DNA from: Vitrella brassicaformis CCMP3155
Taxonomy: Eukaryota; Protista; Chromerida
Direction: 5' to 3'
Assembly: GCA_001179505.1 (NCBI GenBank)
Contig: CDMY01000262.1
Coordinates: 80,595-144,594, forward strand
Length of the DNA stretch: 64,000 nucleotides
The notes beneath the pieces were generated by a model. It was not told where the DNA came from. It ran no database searches and was given only the letters and a program-made list of their open reading frames with translations. How positions within the stretch are numbered: position 1 is the stretch's first letter; the number at the start of each line of letters is the position of its first letter. Of the stretch, positions 25,101 to 36,756 are shown piece by piece. The position numbers and the translations under genes are program-made.

Positions 25101-25707
25101 CCGTGTGTGGTGTGGATTTGCCGGTGTGGTGCCTTGATTGGTTTAATTACTTGTGCAGACGGCCTTTGTGTGGGGCTACCTGTTCGGTGCCATGATGAAC
25201 TTCTCGCCTGCGCAGCCCTTCTCGTACCTGCTGTACGTCGCTGCCACAGTGCCGCTGATGCCCTTGTGGGCCGTGTGTGAGGGCCTGGCGGTGCTCTACG
25301 CCATGCTGACCAAGACGGCCGGCTTCCACATCGTGCAAAAGGAGCACCCCGGGATCGCCGCTGTCGCCCAGCCCGCCGACCACCCCAGCACGTCGATGTG
25401 CGTCAAGAGGGACTCTGTGGGCGGCAGCGAGACGGCCGCCCTCATCCCCAAGACCACCAGTGCCCAGCAGTGCCTGCCAGTGGCCCGTCATTGCCTTGCG
25501 GTGCCAGTGGCCCGTCTGAGCCCCGAGCAGCGGAGCGACACGTCCCCCGTCCTCAGCAGTGTGTCGTCCGACCCCATCGGCCGCCGCAGAGCTGAGAGCT
25601 TCGACCTCGACGCGCTCATCGACACGACGTCATGCTCGAGCGACAACAATGATGCAGAGGGCGACGGGGAGGGGTCGACCAGCAACGGGGAGGGCAGCGA
25701 TAAGTAA
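22160..25707 (+). CDS. egh: Beta-1,4-mannosyltransferase, egghead/BRE-3-like (GT2 fold), copy 1
   Basis: YRVVTRG, KARALNFA, VVHLDEETLL, ADSLRVTDDYCK, WDHGRDGSITED, EKSPFGIVDFMKQRRRWFQG (QxxRW), with N- and C-terminal TM segments. These match the Drosophila egghead motif order. Confidence 0.88.
23088..24918 (+). repeat. Tandem near-identical ~765 bp copies (23088-23850 and 24151-24918) flanking a 300-N gap (23851-24150)
   Basis: The same two exons appear on both sides of the gap; the only differences I noticed are in one intron segment (acaaggatgaagagagagagagag vs acacacagacaaagataaggaggaaagag). Confidence 0.9.
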
Positions 25708-26740
25708 GGAAATGAGAGAGACTGAGGCCGGCTGGCTGAGTGGGTGTGTGTGTCTGCTGGCAGCTGGGCCATGTGTCAGTCAGTGTATAGCTGTGCGTTT
25801 GTGTGAAGGGGCGAGGGCGAGGGGGGAGAGAGGGAGACAGCTTAGGCAGCCTGGCCGTGGGGCAAGATGTAGCAGAGGGGGGCGGTGCGGTGACTGCGGC
25901 GCAGGCGAGTCGGCCGACAGGTTTTGTGTTCATCCCATCCACGTGTTGGTTTGTCGCCTGCCGGCCCTTTTTGCCACGATCAGTCTTTTTGTTTGGGGGG
26001 TGCGTGTGTGTGTGTGTGTGTGACGTTGTGGACGGAATGCCGGCGGCCAGTCGTGTTGAGCCTTCCCTGACCGACTTTGTCCATACCGACCGACTGACTT
26101 ACCGAGTTAGCTGGCTGCCGTCCTGCCGTTCACTCACTCCCCGTTCGCCTGGCCTGCCCTTCTCTCTCTGTCTGGCCGGCTGTGCATACAAACATCTACT
26201 GGCAATGACCCCCCCCCCTCCGTCTGTCTGTCTGTTTGTCTATAACTCACGCGAGAGCCAACCGATTCTTTGTCAACCGATACAAAGGGTACACGGTGTT
26301 TTTCTGCGAGTGCGTGTGTGTCGATACGGACGTGTGAGCTGGTCGGTGGAAATGCCCTCCCCTGCCTGCTGTATGCCTGTACCATGATGGTGTACCTGTA
26401 CACGTCTGTCTGTCTGTCTGTGGGGAGCGGTATTTGTCAGTGCATCAGAGAATGCACTTGTGCCTTTCTACAGCTCCTGCTTGGCTTGGCGCTTTCGAGC
26501 TTTTTTTTGACTCATTCATCGACACTTGACGTCCATGCTTGCGAATAACGCGCAGATGCATGACATGAAGTCACGAGTCAAGTGTGCACCCCGGTCAGAG
26601 CGACAAACCGCATCATCCATCCAGAGTGCACAAACCATTCTGTCTGCATTCGACAGACGCGAAGGCACAATTTGTTGCTATCCACAGTGAGCCTATCACC
26701 CAGCACAGTACCGGATTGCACACACAAGGAGCGTAGTCAG

Positions 26741-29700
26741 CTAAACGAGTCGATATCTGCTCTGCAAGCTGGCCGACAGCGCCCCCAGCTTGAGCGTCGG
26801 CAGCGATGCGACGTGACTCATCCCCGCCCCCGCCCCTTCTGCTGCGTGTTCTCTCTCCATCCTAACCTCCTCTCTCGGCGGAAATGTCTCCTCTGGTGCG
26901 TGAGACGGGCGGGGCAGCCCATAACGCACCGGGCTGCACACATAAACGCCACGTATGAAGGCGAAGACAGGCATGTTGCAATCCGTATCGCTTTCTCCGT
27001 GTCCGTCGGTATTCTCACGTCGAGGGGAAGATACGGCTGCGGCGGCCCTTGAGTGAGAGGTCCACGACGAATGTCTCAGGCACAGGGGGCGACGACGGTG
27101 GCGTGAGGGCATCGTCCACTGCCCTTGGGGGGTGGTCCTCCGCCCCGTCCTGTGTCGACTGCAGGGCGTCCCTCAGCGTCCCCTGGAAGCCCTTGCTTCC
27201 TCCTTGTGTCTCATCGCCTTCCCGTCGGCCCACGCTGGTCTTCCTGGCACGCCACCCGGCAGCCCTCGACCGCCGGTAGCGTGTCTGGGGCGAGGAGTCC
27301 GAGAGTTCTTCGCCCGAGCTGCCGGACCACGTGTACCCCGCCCCTGCCACAGGCGACCACTCCTCGCTGTCTTCCTCCATATCAAGTGTGAGCGTCATGG
27401 GCTTCAGAGGCCGGCGTCGCGGCTTACGACGAGAAGGTTTTCTGGCCGGCTTCGGTGATGGCCCACTCTCCTCTCGGCGCGTGTCGACTGCGAGGGTCTG
27501 ATATTCATCCTGTCTCGTCTCGGCTTCTTTTTTGATGCCTCTCAGCAGCACTTGTAAGGCGTCTTCCATCCCCACTTCCCCATCGTCAAACTGAACCGGC
27601 TTCCGTGCAGCCCTCGCCCTTTGCCGCCTCCTGTTCTTGCTGATGAGCTTCACAGGCCGGGGCTCAATCTCCATCTCGTCTGCGCCCTCCACGTGTCTCG
27701 CCTGCGTCTGCCCCACACCGCCGACCACAGGCAGGTCGGAATCACTGCCCGAGCCCTCTGCGCCCTTCTTCGCCTTGGCTGCTTTGCCGAGCGCACCCAC
27801 TGACCGCGCAGATGGCGGCCCAGGACGAGCGGGGGGGCTCTCGTCGGCCAGCTGGGACATCATCTGCGGCGAGGGGGCTGCCGAGGGCATGATGCCTTGC
27901 ATGGAAGGGGGGTTGAGCAGCTGCACGCTTCTGGGGTGCATGCCACCCCACCGTAGAGGCGTCCCCGACTTCCAGCTGGCGTCGCTCGTCAAGACCACGC
28001 TGCCGCTCTTCTGCTCGGGCGGCACTGCAGAGGGCGCCAGGAAGGACTCCACCTGGGGGCTGATTCTGGTGGCTCCAGTGGCCCCATCGCTCTCTGTGAC
28101 AGCCACCACAGATACCGATGGCCAGTCCTCCAAAGCCAGCGGGCGAGACTCGTCACGAAGAATCGACGGCTCAGCTGGTATGATCTCCGGCCCTGCCTGG
28201 GGTTGCGCAGGTAGTTCTGGCCGACGTGGTCTCTTTGCCTCTGTGACCGCTGGTAGGGAAGCTGTCGCCTCGAGCAGCTCCCGTGATCGGCCTTGCACAA
28301 GAAGCTGAACAGGCTTTCTTGTGGGAGACGTGACTGGACGGCTGGTCGTCCGCGGCAGGGACATTTGCGTCAGGAAGAGGCCGCCATCGCCCTCATCGGC
28401 GGAGGAGTCCTCTGCTGCTGCTGCTTCCTCTCCCTCCTCGTATTCCGCCCTGGCGGCTGCCGCTGCGGCTGCTGCAGCCTCCTCTAGCGCCAGGGCCTCT
28501 TGCAAGAGGATGGACTCCGTACGGTCGGTGGCCGCTTCCTGCGATCTGCCGTATAGCGAGCTCAGCGGCTGCGGGACCTCCCTCAACCTCGGCGCCGGCA
28601 TGACCCTGGCCGCCTCAGACCTCTCCCGGCTCCTTATCGGTCTCTCTGCGATAAGTGTTTCCTCTTCCTTGCGATCGACTGACGGTCTGTCCTCGAAGAG
28701 CTTGTCGAGGTTCTTCAGTCCTCCCAGGTCAGACCGCCGCCTCTCTTCCAGCCGGACGGACATCCCCAGCACGCCCTCCCCCGCCGCCACTGCCTTCTTG
28801 TCCTCCTGCTCCCCCAGTATCGTTCCCAATGTAGCCCGTCTTGCGACCTTCGACCCGGGCAGCTGTGTTGGGCTGACGGGAGGCAGATCGGCCGCAATCA
28901 CCTTTTGCGACAGACCCGGCTTGGCCCGTCCGCTTTCATAGTCGAGCAACGGCTGCAGCAGGGACTTGCCCCTCTGCAAGTCCCGTTTCTGAGGTGATCT
29001 GTCCGGCGACTGGAGCGAAGGAGGTCTTTGCCTTCTCTCGCCAAAGGACAGCTGCTGCACGAACTCAGGGATACGGGCCTCACCAGCGACCTCCAGTGAT
29101 GTCTCCTCTGCCTCAGGGGCCACTGGGACGGCTGCTGCTGAAGGGGAAGGTGGTTCGCCAGGTAGAATCGCAGAACGGTCCTGGGTCGCACTGAAGTCGT
29201 CAAATCCGACTCGACGTCGCTCACGGGAGTCTAGCCGCTCAGGCCTGGATAATTCACCAGGCATTTGATCGGCAGCAAACCTCAGCTCTGCCTCTGATCG
29301 TGACCGTCGACGCAGCCGGCGGTCTTCCTTGTCCGTGTCCACAAGATCCACAGGCAGCCCCTCCCGCGTCCCTTGTCTCACTGCTGACCTTAGGGTGCCG
29401 TCGTAGCCGCCCCGCAGCGTACCTTGGTACACTCGAGCCTCCACATCGCCGCCCAATATCTTCCCATCTTCCTTCTTGACTTGCCGTGCGCTTGCCAGAA
29501 TGCTCGTTCGGGACTTGCGCACCGGTGTCCTTGCAAGGCGGTCCAGAGGTGACATAACCTCCTGCTCTGAGGTATCCACCGTCCCTTTGAACTCCACCCG
29601 TGACCGTCCTGCCCTCAGGCTGGGTCGAGGTATCCGCTGCTCCGACTCAGGTGAGAGTGTGTCCACCGCACTCCGGGGGGAAGTCACGTCGCTGCGAGCT

Positions 29701-32700
29701 GATGGAAGCCGTTGCGGTGCTGCAGGCGTGCTCCGCAACGACGGTGTGCCAATGTGTGCAGGCACCGACACGCTGAGAAGGTCGCCCGATATGTCCGTCT
29801 GGACTCCCTTGCTGCGGACCGACACGGGACGAGGGGGCACAGGCAGAGCTACCGGTACGGCAGGTGGCGCGAGACGCACGACTCGACTCCCAGAAGGGGT
29901 CTCTCGCCGCACACGGCCGCCTTGGGGAGTAGGCAGCTGCTCAGTCGCCTCTGGTTGGACAAAGGCCGTGCCACCCGTTGGAGATCGACTGCAAGAAGGA
30001 GACGAGACACTCTTAATCTCGATGCCAGATGAGTACAATGATGCTCACCTCACCCTCTTATTTCGAATAGGTGGCCGCTGGGCGGCGACTCCGGCCTGGT
30101 CCCAACCGTCAGCATCGACGTCCGAGACCTTTTCATGGCTTTGCTGACATCTGCTGGAGATGCCGGCTGAGTGCGGGCGGTTGCCGGGGGACTCACGAGG
30201 CCCTGGAAGGAATCCATTACACAGGAGGTGATGGCATTCGTTCGTCATGTCCACTCCGTCAATGACTCACTATTGTCACGGTTTCCGCTGGTGGTCCCGT
30301 CGGCGTGAGGGGGCGGCTGCCCGGCATGGATGCAGGCAGTGACCTGCTGGCAAGCTCTCCGGGAGAGACTGGAGGTGCCAGTGTCTCGGGGCTGAGCGGC
30401 CGCTTGGGGCTTCTGCGGGCACTTGGAGAGAACAAATCCTCGAAATCTCCCGTCCTTCGGCCACTTGGAGACACGATCGCACCTGTGGCACAGCCAAGAC
30501 AGACGTGCATTCAGTAGATGCCGGCTTGCACCCGAGGCTTCACCCGATGGTTGCGATCGAAGCATGGAACCTCCTCCCATGAAGGTCGTTGTTGCTCGGT
30601 AGAGTGACGGTCTACCCTCCTCACCCTCTGCTTCGCCGAGTGCTGTGGATGAGCCGAATTCGCCGGAGAGCATGCGCATGACACCGGGAGTCGACGGAGA
30701 ATACAGAGGCCGATCGTCACTCCAGTCGTTCTGCCGTGCGGCGACAGTCACCAAGACCGCCAATTCATTACTACTTTACTTTGTTGCGCTTACCACTCGG
30801 TCCGGCCTGCTGGTGAGGTCGGCCTGCTTGAGCCATTTGTAGAAAGCAATTGCGATGAGCGATCGTGCTGTGGCGTCCGCGTGGAGAGTCTCGTCCATCC
30901 CACATTTCTCCGCCCGTCGGATGAGCCGCTTCTCCACCGACACCAGTCCCAGCTGCAGGCGAAACTCGGCTGGGTTGCGATATGTCAGGCCCACGGGGCG
31001 GCCACCAGCCTTCCTCTTAGCCTGTGCATGAGTAGCACACGTCAATAAGTATATGGCAGGAGGGGCTGTGTTCCGTGTCGGTCAGCATTCATAGCTCACG
31101 AGAAACTTGGTGAGGCGAAACAGGTGCGATCGCATAAGTCTGCAAGGGCACGAGAGACCAGGCAAGCAGATGTCTCTCCACTGGTTGGCTGCCTGCCGGC
31201 GATCTCACTGGTTGGCTGCCTGCCGGCGATCTCACCTCTTGAAGACATCGGCTTGCATGAGGGCCTCCATCCGCAGACGCATCAGCTCCTCAATGTCCAT
31301 GCCCTGCAGCTCCTCTGCGCTCATGTGTGTGAAAAGCAAACAGGCGAATGGGATAAAGCTTTATGGCAATCGAGTCGCACTTCTTACCGGGGCTAAACCT
31401 GAAGCGTTTTCTTTCTGTGCCGTCTGGTCGCCGCAGCATTCCGGCTTTTGCCGCCAGCTCCTGCTCTTCGGCAGCCGCTTCTCGCTCCCGTAGCCTCCGC
31501 TCATCGACGGCAGTGAGAGACCGATCCAGCCTTGCCCCGACTGTTCGGCGGCGCTTCTCCGCCTCCCTGAAGGCTTCGAGGCCTTCTATGTCGCGATCGC
31601 GATCGGCTGATGTCTCCCGCAGGTCGGCCTCCCTCCGTTCCAGGGACATCTGCACGAAAGCAGTATCAAGATTATTCTCTCGCCTGATAGTGGTGCATTC
31701 TCCTGACCTCCATAACACGCAGACGCGCCAACTCGTTATCGGCTTCGAGACCCTTCCTGAGCAGCTCCTCGATCTCTTTAGCACTCTTGCTGCGATCAGA
31801 GGAGAGGCAGTGCTGCTCGCTGCCTGACAGTGTAAGAGTCTGAGAGTCCTTCCATACCCCTCTAGTCCGAGCTTCTTCGCTAGCGCTCTACTGAGACCGG
31901 CCATCCCACCCTTCCCGAAGTCTTGCGGGCTGCATGACCAACAGGATAGTTGTCATTTTCCGCTTATCATCGATTGGACATATCGCGCTCACGCAATCTT
32001 CATCATTGTCGCATTGGCCTTCTCAAATGTGCTGTGCAGGTCAACAAAGTTCCTCTGGCGGAAAGCCAAATTGGTTGTCTGACACAGCACAGCACAGTTC
32101 CGAAAAACAAGAAACTTGCCAATAGTCGAGTCGGGCCGTCAGTGGCTTCTCACGTCTCTCAAGCTGTACGCCTCCCACCCTGGCAGGCTTCCTAGCGGCG
32201 GCAGGGCCTCCAGTGGCGGCAGCTCCACTAAACTCTGGAGGGCGTCGGGCAGATCGGATGCGTCCCCGCCTGCCGCCAGGTACTTGAGAATGAGGTTCTC
32301 CTTGCGCGTGACCTCAACCGTCGACTGCAGCTCGGTGATGGTATCGTAGGCATAGCCAAGCTGACAAAGAGAGAGGACGCGGATGGACCGTGTGTCGTCG
32401 AAGGCGTGTATCGAGATGCTCGTGTCTCACGTCATCTTGGAGGTTCTCATATGCTGTCTCCAGGGCCTTGGTGTTGGCCGTCAGAAGGTCCGTCTTGCCC
32501 GCCTTGAGAAGCAGATTCTCCTCTATCACTGTCTGCCGCAAAGAAGACCGATCGACAGTCACGACCATCATTCTTTGGTGTGCCTCCACATCTGCCTCTG
32601 TACCTGCAGTGCGGATTCCAGTCTTTGCATTCTGACGGCCATGGCCCTCTTGTGCGCCAAGAGCTCTTGCTCCATCTTGGCCCGCAGTTCTTCCACTGCT

Positions 32701-33974
32701 GCAAAGTACTCTACGGGCGTCTCGCCTCCAATGGGCGCTCCTCTGCATTTGTACACTCAGAGAAAAACCGATACGATTCGCCATCGATTAGCCATTTGCT
32801 CCGCCATCGTTTGCCTTACGGGGTGGCCCGCAGCTGCTGCTGTCTCGTTTCGAGCACCTCCTTCTCAAGCTGTGTCCGTAAGAGGGAACTAGATGCGCAG
32901 AGGGGTTCGTTGGTGTCTCTTTGGCGATCAAGTCCCACCTTGATCATGTTGACTTCCATCGTCCTGAGTTTGCGTTCCCTCTCGTCGACCTCCTTCTTTA
33001 GCAGAGTGACCAGCTTTTGCAGCCGGTCGACCTCGCCCTGCAACTCAGCCTTCATCCGCTCTTGCTGCAGCTGAAACTCCGCATCGCTTACGTCCTCCAC
33101 ATCCTCAATCCCTGACACACCGCGACACACGCCGAAGGACATGTAAGTAAGAATGAAGCAGAACTCTTCAACGAGACACCCGACCTGCGTAGAAGTGCAC
33201 CTTGACCCCTTCTTGTGTGTACATCCGGATCAAGTTCATCAGGTGGCTCAGCTCCAGGAGATACTGCCGCCGCAGCTTCCTTATCTGCAGACGAAGCTCA
33301 TCGATCCGCCCCTCCTGCCTATCGATGACGCCCATCTGCTCCTCAAACACGGTCAACACCACCTGGTAGTCGCTGTAACAGAATGACGGAGCGGCAGGCT
33401 CTGTCCCTCTTGCATAGCCATGCCCCCCGTCAGTGTTGCGAGCAGGGACTGACGCAGAGGACATCAGCTCTGGCATGGAGATCCGGCGGGCGCTGATGGC
33501 GTCGGTCGAGGTCTCTGCTTGGGTGAGAGGGAGAGGGGCAGGCACAGCAACAGGGGCAGGAGCAGGGGGCGGAGGGGCTTCCGACGGCATCGAACTAAGG
33601 AGTTGGCTGGCTGTCGATGTAGTCGCCGCCACGTCTTGCACTGCCCAAGCATGCCACTCCCTCAAATCACTCGAGAAGCGCGCCAAAGGCTGCAAGAGGT
33701 GTTCGAACACTGTCATGAAGTTGTCCTTCATCGCCCGCCAGTCATAAGGGTTGCGTGTCCACAGGTAGCGCTGCTTCTTGAAGAGCCGGGTGACCTCACG
33801 ATGGAAGGTCTGCCTGAGAAGGTCGAAGCACCGCAGATGGTTCCTGCGGAGCTGCGTGCGGAAGTTGATGACCGCTGCGTTGTCCTTGGCCGCCTGCCGC
33901 CTGGACTTTCTGCTGTTGAGGATGACTCTGGCATCGGTCTTCCTGCTGGAGGGAAGGGGGCGGATGGATGTCAT
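26741..33974 (-). CDS. Large multi-exon hypothetical protein: N-terminal coiled-coil region and a very long R/S/P/E-rich low-complexity region
   Basis: ORFs 33168-33974, 32816-33142, 31290-31904, 30776-31045 and 27015-30038 are joined by plausible GT-AG introns. The TGA at 27015 lies within a GTGAGA donor that splices in frame to about 26741. Confidence 0.7.
31178..31236. repeat. 27-bp tandem repeat CACTGGTTGGCTGCCTGCCGGCGATCT x2, intronic
   Basis: Read directly. Confidence 0.75.
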
Positions 33975-34243
33975 TTGGAGGGTCGATCGCAGAAAGGTGG
34001 ATCAGTCACTCTGCAGTCTCCATGCAGTACTCCAGTCGGTGTGTCGGCTGCTTTCTCTCGAGGGCCGGGGGGGGCTTAGCGAGCTGGGAAGCTGATGGTC
34101 GAAGGGAGGCCTGAAGCAGGCTGTGGAACGAAGAGCTTGTCAACATTCCTTGGCCACCGATTCTCTGCGTTTGCTTCTGGCATTTTCTTGCGAGCCGAGG
34201 ATCGCCGCCGTGCAAGCTTAGCCTTGCGAATCTGGTGCGTGTG

Positions 34244-34690
34244 ATGGGCAATTGGAAGGTGGCGTCGGGCCGTTCCAAGAACTTCTTTCGAGTAGTGTGC
34301 GGCGGCTGCAGATATGAGACGACGACCGACGGCGCGGCGCAGCTCATCGTGCAGAAGCACTTCCCGCAGATGATGCGGGAAAACTACACGGGCACCGCCC
34401 CGTTTGTGGCCGCACGCTTCTGCGAAACCGTCAAGATCTTTGACAGAGCGCCCTCCTGGAAACAGGCGAGTGAATGCCACAAAGTAATTGAGCAATGCGC
34501 CAGGATGCCGTTGGTCTTTTCTTTCTGTTGTATGGTTCAGCGAGTGGGTCAGCTCTATGGCATGAAGCCGCCTGCACTGGATTTCGTTCGGAAGCTGAAT
34601 GGCGGCAAGATCCCCTGCCCCAAGTGTGGCGCTGTGGGGCAGTGGAAGGGCAACGCCGATACAGAGATGAGGACAGACATCCCAAGATAG
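34244..34690 (+). CDS. Small hypothetical Zn-ribbon protein (two CxxC pairs)
   Basis: VVCGGCRY and IPCPKCGA; possible in-frame 75-nt GC-AG intron after KQ; divergent from the large coiled-coil gene. Confidence 0.65.
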   Translation: MGNWKVASGRSKNFFRVVCGGCRYETTTDGAAQLIVQKHFPQMMRENYTGTAPFVAARFCETVKIFDRAPSWKQASECHKVIEQCARMPLVFSFCCMVQRVGQLYGMKPPALDFVRKLNGGKIPCPKCGAVGQWKGNADTEMRTDIPR

Positions 34691-35064
34691 ATTGATGATA
34701 GCTGAACCGGTCGACGGTCGTGTCGTGCAATCAAATGATCTGGACAATGTGTAGTGTACAGAATGCATGAAGGGACACGCCCGCCCGTCTATCATCTGGC
34801 CACACAGGACTGATATGCAGCACGTTACGGGTCATCATCCACTCACTCGACGTTTTTCGAGTTTTCATGTGAGCCATACGTACACGCAGCCACCAACTCA
34901 CTGCACAGGAGGGGAAATGAAAAACGGGATCCGACTGAAGGAAGGAAACATCGACACCGACGGCACTCGACGGCCGTCACGACAAATAAATGTGTGCATC
35001 CAGACAGCCATGTCACAGCTCTATGTACGCAGCTACACGTACAAAAAAACACCATCAGAACGTC

Positions 35065-36756
35065 ATGTACCCTTTGTATCGGTTGACAAAGAATCGGTTG
35101 GCTCTCGTGAGGTATAGACAGACAGACAGACAGACAGACAGAGGGGGTCGGTGGATAAGGCGGGGTACCCGAGCCATTGCCAGTAGATGTTTGTATGCAC
35201 AGACAGACAGAGAGAGAAGGGCGGGCCAGGCGAACGGGGAGTGAGTGAACGGCAGGACGGCAGCCAGCTAACTCGGTAAGTCAGTCGGTCGGTATGGACA
35301 AAGTCGGTCAGGGAAGGCTCAACACGACTGGCCGCCGGCATTCCGTCCACAACGTCACACACACGCACACACACACACACCCCAAACAAAAAGACTGATC
35401 GTGGCAAAAAGGGCCGGCAGGCGACAAACCAACAGGTGGATGGGATGAACACAAAACTTGTCGGCCGACTCACCTGCGCCCCACTCACCGCAGCGGCGCC
35501 CTCAGCTACATCTTGCCCCACGGCTGGGCTGCCTAAGCTGTCTCCCTCTCTCCCCCCTCTCCCTCGTCCCTTCACACAAACGCACAGCTATACACTGACT
35601 GACACATGGCCCAGCTGCCAGCAGACACACACACTCAGCCAGCTGAGCCTCAGCCTCTCTCATTTCCTTACTTATCGCTGCCCTCCCCGTTGCTGGTCGA
35701 CCCCTCCCNNNNNNNNNNNNNNNNNNNNNNNNNNNNNNNNNNNNNNNNNNNNNNNNNNNNNNNNNNNNNNNNNNNNNNNNNNNNNNNNNNNNNNNNNNNN
35801 NNNNNNNNNNNNNNNNNNNNNNNNNNNNNNNNNNNNNNNNNNNNNNNNNNNNNNNNNNNNNNNNNNNNNNNNNNNNNNNNNNNNNNNNNNNNNNNNNNNN
35901 NNNNNNNNNNNNNNNNNNNNNNNNNNNNNNNNNNNNNNNNNNNNNNNNNNNNNNNNNNNNNNNNNNNNNNNNNNNNNNNNNNNNNNNNNNNNNNNNNNNN
36001 NNNNNNNNACTGGCCGCCGATGAGGGCCATCAGCAACCATATCGACGCAAACAGCGCCTGCAAACAAAGCGAGAGCCAACACAACACACCACCAGACAAC
36101 AGAATGTCTGTCTGCAGCTCTCCACGTACGTATCTCTCTGTGTGTCTCTCTTGGCTCACCAGCCCGAAGAAGTAGAGGCCGGGGTGCTGCACGCCTGACA
36201 TGTCTGCCGTTCGTCCGAGTCAGCGGCTCACGCGAAGACAGCTGTGATGAGAAGGGAGGGACTCAGCAGCACAGCAGCAGGCTCTCTCGCTGACAAAGGG
36301 TATCGATCTCTGGCTGACACAAGCAGGCTTCGGGAGAACGGGCTGCAGATGGACTGAAGCTGCTGTGCTGTGTGGTGGATGGCGGCTGCTGTGGTGCGCT
36401 GTGTGGCGGGGGGTCACGACAGCCGTGCCGCTCCGCTCTGTCTTCTCACTCTCTGTTTTGTCTTCGCGAGGAGAGATGCGCGAGCTGCAACGTTTCACGG
36501 CGGCGCGAGGGCACGCTCTTTTGCGAAGGTGGCCGCGGCTCTTGTGCTTCGGTCGTCGGTCGGCTGCCTTCTGTTGGGCTCACAGATCAGTGCTTTCCGG
36601 CTCGTTTTGCTGCGAGCTAAGAAAAATCGCTTGACCGTTGGCACAGCGTACGAGAGGCACACCGAAGCAGAGGTCTGCACTCTCTCGGTTGGATGGTCTG
36701 ATGCGGGGGGCCCGGCGATGTGCGACCCCTACCCCCCGCAATGCTCAAGAGGACCA
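35065..36756 (-). repeat. Copy B of the inverted duplication, with the central ~3 kb collapsed into the 300-N gap 35709-36008
   Basis: The left flank is the 3' end of the egh gene and its downstream region; the right flank is the 5' end and promoter. Both are reverse-complemented relative to copy A. Confidence 0.9.
35668..36201 (-). CDS. egh: Egghead-like mannosyltransferase copy 2; only the first exons and last codons are visible
   Basis: MSGVQHPGLYFFG...ALFASIWLLMALIGGQ before the gap and EGSTSNGEGSDK* after it, matching both ends of copy 1 (MSSVQHPG...). Confidence 0.75.
   Translation of the reverse strand: MSGVQHPGLYFFGLVSQERHTERYVRGELQTDILLSGGVLCWLSLCLQALFASIWLLMALIGGQXXXXXXXXXXXXXXXXXXXXXXXXXXXXXXXXXXXXXXXXXXXXXXXXXXXXXXXXXXXXXXXXXXXXXXXXXXXXXXXXXXXXXXXXXXXXXXXXXXXXXEGSTSNGEGSDK

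Larger units (their letters stand above)
21603..26296 (+). repeat. Copy A of an inverted segmental duplication (egghead-like gene plus flanks)
   Basis: 21603-22360 is the reverse complement of about 36009-36756, and 25668-26296 of about 35065-35708, with scattered substitutions and indels. Confidence 0.9.

Noticed and set aside
21603-36756. Giant DNA transposon with long terminal inverted repeats
   Set aside because: The repeats are a host gene with introns, and no transposase, integrase or target-site duplication is visible.
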